Shown in pieces: positions 8,985 through 13,840 of a stretch of DNA of 13,840 nt. Source of the DNA: Octopus sinensis. Lineage: Eukaryota. A model generated the notes under the pieces. That model was not told the DNA's origin. It saw only the letters and a program-made list of their open reading frames with translations, and ran no database searches. The position numbers and the translations under genes are program-made. The stretch spans positions 1-13,840 of the forward strand of contig NW_021826034.1 of the NCBI RefSeq assembly GCF_006345805.1. The letters run 5' to 3'. Every line of letters begins with the position of its first letter. Position 1 is the first letter of the stretch.

Positions 8985-9265
8985 CTCAGCTACTAATACC
9001 AGAGTACGTACCACATACTGAGCTGTGCTGATTCAGCTTGAGCCCAGCATGATGAAAGGCGGGCCCTGTAGAACTCAGTTACTAATCAAGAGGTCAATAC
9101 TGAGCCACGCTGAGTCAGTTTGAGAACAACATGGAGAAAGGAAGGCGGGTTGCGTTTTAATTGTCAGTTACGTATTTAGCGGTCAATATTGTGTCATTCT
9201 GAGACGGATTGAGTACAACAGTGTGGAAGACAGTCGTGTAATACGCAGAGTGTCACATTGTGTCT
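8985..9265 (+). repeat. Diverged tandem repeat with ~82-89-bp unit (3 near-complete copies plus partials)
   Basis: The cores at 9016 (TACTGAGCTGTGCTGATTCAGCTTGAGCCCAGCATG), 9098 (TACTGAGCCACGCTGAGTCAGTTTGAGAACAACATG) and 9187 (TATTGTGTCATTCTGAGACGGATTGAGTACAACAG) align. The linkers share AAGGCGGG..TCAGTTAC..GGTCAATA. Confidence 0.8.
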
Positions 9266-9409
9266 CACGCAGGAGGACAACGGGCGTTGGGGAGAATATG
9301 TGTTGTAATTATAGGATCAAAAGTCATTTCCTCACCTATATACTCTTATGGTAGGTTTCTCGAATTCTGAAAAGTAAATATTCTCTCCATTGGATTAGAC
9401 GGTATGTCG

Positions 9410-9555
9410 CAAGTTTGCTCATTTTTGGCAGCTGAGTGGACTGGAGCAACGTGAAATTAAGTGTTTTGCTCAAGAACACAACACATTGCCTAGTCCAGGA
9501 ATCGAAACCACAATCTTACAATGAGTACAGTATCCTAACCATTAAGCCACACGCA
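9410..9555 (-). mobile_element. tRNA-derived SINE (family B), minus strand
   Basis: GCTCATTTTTGGCAGCTGAGTGGACTGGAGCAACGTGAAATTAAGTGTTTTGCTCAAGAACACAAC..GGAATCGAAAC (B box, reverse complement)..CCTAACCATTAAGCCAC (A box, reverse complement). It is the reverse complement of the 3082 family. Confidence 0.85.
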
Positions 9556-9733
9556 TCTACCTGTCCTGTAATACTCAACAATTTATCGAAGTTTTACCTT
9601 TTAACATACTGCTACACGGTGACTGGGCTATGTATGCTTGCGTGTGTGCGTGCATGCGTGTGTGTATGTGTATTTGTATTATGGGAATAAGTTGTCTCAG
9701 AATACTTATCCCTTAACCTTAGGGTTCATCTTT

Positions 9734-9797
9734 GTCACATATTATGCCACGCTGAGTCGACTTCAGATCAACAGAGAAGACGAACTGTCGTGTAATA
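9734..9797 (+). repeat. Solo dispersed copy of the ~85-bp repeat core
   Basis: GTCACATATTATGCCACGCTGAGTCGACTTCAGATCAACAG..GTCGTGTAATA shares GCCACGCTGAGTC with 9105-9117 and GTCGTGTAATA with 9233-9243. Confidence 0.7.
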
Positions 9798-10319
9798 ACA
9801 TGTAGTATAATTACAGGAATAACGGACAGAGTCAACGACTATTGAAATAGTTGCAAGACGCAACGAAAATTTTAGGAAAAATAAATAAGTAAACGGGTGG
9901 AAACTTTACCGGTGAGTGTGTAAAATTATAAGGCACTAAAAGAGAATGACTCGCCCCAGACACAACTTTAACACACGAACTCACATAAAGAATCTTGCAA
10001 ACCAAATCCAAAGAGGAATTATTAATAGCTAACTATTGGATTAATAGTTAACTATCAATCCAAGGGTAAACTGAGCTGAACAAGGTTAATGAAAACGAAT
10101 GGTGGTGGTGGTGGTGGTAGGTGGTAGAGGAGCCTGTCTTATAATTATCAACCCCTTAAGCACTAATTCAATGAACTGGTAGCTTAGTTGACCCTTGAAC
10201 AATCGGAACACACTTTTCGTTGAGATCGATACGAGATCCATTTCATGCGAGTATAAATAAATTCTATTACTTGTACCTAGATATATTTCTGTACAAAACT
10301 ATCTAAATTTAAATCAATT

Positions 10320-10510
10320 TAATTTTTCTCTGGTTCTTTCTCAGCCTTTCTCCACGCCACTCAGTCTCTCTCTACCTGTTTCTTTTTCTCTCCTTTTCTC
10401 TCCTACTTCGCATCTTCGCTCTCTTATTCCACTCGCCTTTCTAATTAAGCATAAGCCCATATAAACAGCTCTTACTCCTCCTCCTCTCTCTCTCTCGTTC
10501 TTTCCTCTCG
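10320..10510. repeat. Polypyrimidine (CT-rich) tract
   Basis: Nearly all C/T on the + strand, including (CT)n at ~10482-10495. Confidence 0.75.
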
Positions 10511-10650
10511 TGTATCCGTCAATCCGTTACATTTTATCCAATTATTCCACAAACCGATGTCGCTGTAACCAGTAAAATACTCTCTACAAATGGCATTTAT
10601 CTCCGAGAAAGATTAATGCTTCGTCTTAAGGAAACACTTGTTCGCCTACC

Positions 10651-11110
10651 ACGATGATGATGACGACGGCGGGAACGACGGCGATGACAACGACTATGAC
10701 GACATCGGTGATGACGACAACGATGAAGGATGAAGGAGAGGCTGATGCTGATGACGTTGATCAACGTTACCACCACCACCACAACCACCATCACCCCCAC
10801 CACCACCACTACCACCACCACCACAATCACATCCATAATCTTCGCAATCCTCAACATCATCGTTATCGTCTTCCTCGTCACTGTCACTCTTGTAATCATA
10901 ATCGGTGCCTTCTACTCCTCCACCGCCCCTCCTCCTCTTCCCCATGCCCCCTCCACCCCCTCCTCATCGTCATTAGGAGAGGCCGTCATCGTTGCCGTCA
11001 TCGTCATCGCCGTCATTGTTGCATCATCATCATCATCATCATCATCATCGTCGTCGTCGTCGTCGTCGTCGTTGTTATCGTTATCATTTTTGCTATCTTT
11101 ATCATTAGAA
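10651..11110. repeat. Compound trinucleotide repeat block: (GAT/GAC)n, (CAC)n, (CCT)n, (CAT)9(CGT)8
   Basis: Visible directly; (CAT)9 at 11022-11048 and (CGT)8 at 11049-11072. Confidence 0.9.
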
Positions 11111-11454
11111 AGCCAATTAATGTCAATACACCGCTCGTGCTCCTCATTCCTTCACCACATTCTTCGCCCATCGCCCCTCTTACCCCTCCAGTACCCTGAC
11201 TACATCACTTCAACCCCATCCCCAGACACAAAATGAACAAACCTCATCTTTCATTGTATCATTCCATTGTCATCCATCTTGACGTTCCATATTTTTTTCT
11301 TTAATCACATGATTACTGATTTTATGGTAGATCTTAGAAACACAAAATAACAAACTAGCATTTATAACCGCAATTCTTCCCATACTCTTACATATAGTCC
11401 TGTCTTATCTACATTTTATTCAGCGGTTCTTCTTGATATTTTATATGTTGTAAC

Positions 11455-11875
11455 CGTTCTTACCGACAGCTCATTCTCAACTTCTTATCAACACTTCTGT
11501 CATTCGTTCCTACCAACAATTCTTTCAATGCTTTTAGATAGAATAATTTTTTATTCAGTTTATTGACATGTTGTTTCTTACAGTCGTTTCGCACCTACAG
11601 TCTTCCACATATCCTTATCAACATGTCTTCACCTTCTGTTCTTCCATATGTTCTTACTTAGAGTTTATTTACATGTCCTTACGAACATTTCTTTCCCGCT
11701 CTTACGAATAGTTTTCTCCCGTTCTTACTAACAGTTCCTTCAGTTCATTTTACCTTTTCTTATAGGACAATTCTTTCAATGTTCCTACAGTGCCTTATCC
11801 GCAATTAATTCACGTATCCTTACATACAATTCTTTCTCCCGTACAGCTCTTTCACATGTTCTTATCAGCAATATC
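11455..11875. repeat. Degenerate ~23-25-bp minisatellite (GTTCTTACNAACAGTTCTTTCNC-like)
   Basis: Units start at 11650, 11675, 11698 and 11721 (spacings 25, 23, 23), with similar motifs at ~11456, 11482, 11506 and 11858. Confidence 0.7.
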
Positions 11876-11876
11876 T

Positions 11877-12131
11877 GAATTTGGTAGACGGATACTGAAA
11901 GAAGCCCATCGTATATATGTATATGTATATATATGTGTGTGTGTATTTGTATGGCTGTGTTTGTTCCCCCAACATCGCTTGACAACCTATGCTGGTGTGT
12001 TTACGTCCCCGTAACTTAGCGGTTCGGCAAAAGATACCGATAGAATAAGTACTAGGCTTACAAAGAATAAGTCCTGAGGTCGATTTGCTTGACTAAAGGC
12101 AGTGCTCCAGCATGGCCGCAGTAAAAGAGAG
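11877..12131 (+). mobile_element. 5'-truncated SINE family A
   Basis: Begins at GAATTTGGTAGACGG, has the internal microsatellite and the 3' region, and carries an 18-bp deletion just before the tail. Confidence 0.9.
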
Positions 12132-12963
12132 CAAGAACTCTAAGGATTAAAACTCAATTGATTAAAAAAGGCATTTGTTTTTTGGCACTCGTACTCTTTC
12201 TCAGTTGCCTTCTTTCGGTGTTTCCCATTTGTCTTCTGAAGAAAGACTAATAACCGAAGCGTTGTTTTTCAAGTGATAAACTATTATCCTATTTGTTGTA
12301 CTTTCTTCTCACACTGTTGCTCTTTCTGTTATAAACTGTTTTTGTATTTACTTAAAATTACGCTCAGAGACACAAACTCATATATTTATATATTGTAATA
12401 AGGCCTGTCTTCATTAACATAGACAAAATATATCAGGTTAACTAACGTTTTTATATATTGTTAGATACTCATTAATTTAAATAAAACCTATTACAAGTTT
12501 ACTTAATGTTAACAGCTATTCTGTGTGCAATATCCTGTAAAAAAAAGGAGAAAAAAAAACACCAGAATATTCTTGTATATTACGAATGTAAAAAGAGAAA
12601 ACTAGCCGTTTTCCAAAGTCGGGCGATCATGGTAACTTCCTGCTTGAACTTAGCTACAGTGAAGAGCAAAAGATTTTCATTAATTGACAAATATTTTGAG
12701 GCGGGATATTTCTTCCAATCTAAATAAAAACGCATATGTTTAACGTGTCTATCAATCGTCTCATGACGCAGAGGTTCTCCTCCATGTGTAAGAGATAAGT
12801 ATCATCCATATATTTATTCAATATCTGTCTCGGTTATTTGAGAAAGTAATGAATTATGTATGGTGAGTTCCAAACGTATGTAAATATATTTGTATTTTAT
12901 ATAGAATTGTGCCATTTGTTTTCGGTGTCCTAATTAATAATCTCTCTTCTTATATGCTTCTGT

Positions 12964-12967
12964 GTGC

Positions 12968-13009
<42 letters not shown>

Positions 13010-13025
13010 ATATAATACCACTAAA

Positions 13026-13061
<36 letters not shown>

Positions 13062-13116
13062 TATATATACATACAGACAGACATATATATATATGTGTGT
13101 ATATATATATATATGT
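12964..13116. repeat. (TA)n/(TACA)n compound microsatellite
   Basis: Visible directly. Confidence 0.95.
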
Positions 13117-13519
13117 AGGCGCAGGAGTGGCTGTGTGGTAAGTAGCTTGCTTACCAACCACATGGTTCCGGGTTCAGTCCCACTGCGTGGCATCTTGGGC
13201 AAGTGTCTTCTGCTATAGCCTCGGGCCGACCAATGCCTTGTGAGTGGATTTGGTAGACGGAAACTGAAAGAAGCCTGTCGTATATATGTATATATATGTG
13301 TATGTATGTGTGTGTGTGTGTGTGTGTGTTTGTGTGTCTGTGTTTGTCCCCCCACCATCGCTTGACAACCGATGCTGGTGTGTTTACGTCCCCGTCACTT
13401 AGCGGTTCGGCAAAAAGAGACCGATAGAATAAGTCCCGGGGTCGATTTGCTTGACTAAAGGTGGTGCTCCAGCATGGCCGCAGTCAAATGACTGAAACAA
13501 GTAAAATAGTAAAATAGTA

Positions 13520-13524
<5 letters not shown>
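13117..13524 (+). mobile_element. Full-length SINE family A with 22-bp internal deletion and (GTAAAATA)3 tail
   Basis: Starts AGGCGCAGGAG, with A box TGGCTGTGTGG (13128), B box GGTTCAGTCC (13171), hairpin 13481-13494 and tail 13501-13524. Confidence 0.95.
13128..13180 (+). promoter_or_regulatory. Internal Pol III type-2 promoter (A and B boxes) of the SINE head
   Basis: TGGCTGTGTGG and GGTTCAGTCC lie 43 bp apart (start to start), resembling tRNA A/B boxes. Activity is unknown. Confidence 0.6.
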
Positions 13525-13567
<43 letters not shown>

Positions 13568-13739
13568 CATGCATCTATATATGTGTGCATATGTTTATGT
13601 ATAACTGTCTGCTGAGTGAAAGGGTGTGATTCTGTGTGCGTATATATACAAACATGTATAACCACATGTACGAATGTATACTTAATACACACATATAGAT
13701 GTGTGTAATTCTGCGTGCATGTATCCATCCCCCTTTGTG

Positions 13740-13740
<1 letters not shown>

Positions 13741-13818
<78 letters not shown>

Positions 13819-13840
13819 GTCTGTCTGTCTGTCTGTCTGT
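13741..13840. repeat. (CTAT)19(CTGT)6 compound tetranucleotide microsatellite, running to the window end
   Basis: CTAT at 13741-13816 and CTGT at 13817-13840. Confidence 0.97.

Noticed and set aside
8985-9265. CRISPR-like array
   Set aside because: The context is eukaryotic, the repeats are diverged, the 'spacers' are homologous to each other, and there are no cas genes.
10140-10215. Possible second very old family-C SINE remnant (attatcaacccc..aactggta..ttgaccc)
   Set aside because: The similarity is too patchy to support by eye.
10654-11236. Long His/Thr/Ser/Val-rich ORFs (181 aa, 168 aa, and 100 and 83 aa on the minus strand)
   Set aside because: They are open in several frames and on both strands, as expected for stop-poor trinucleotide repeats. 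There is no recognisable domain or convincing gene structure.

Overview
Eukaryotic, repeat-dense, apparently non-coding DNA (intron or intergenic). The dominant SINE family and the (TA)n/(CA)n/(CTAT)n landscape resemble Octopus/coleoid cephalopod genomes; this is recognition from memory, not a database result. I cannot support any host protein-coding exon: nearly all ORFs in the track come from microsatellites, minisatellites or SINEs. Contents: six copies of one tRNA-head, CORE-like SINE with an internal microsatellite plus one older relative (about 19% of the window together), two copies of a second tRNA-SINE family, a remnant of a third, two probable MITEs, a possible decayed non-LTR reverse transcriptase fragment, and several tandem repeats (5, 10, ~23, 70 and ~82-89 bp units). 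The most notable structure is at 7741-8351: a mariner-type element with both TIRs and TA flanks, whose interior is the first ~22 codons of a transposase fused to a tail-less SINE. It is effectively a MITE carrying a SINE as cargo.
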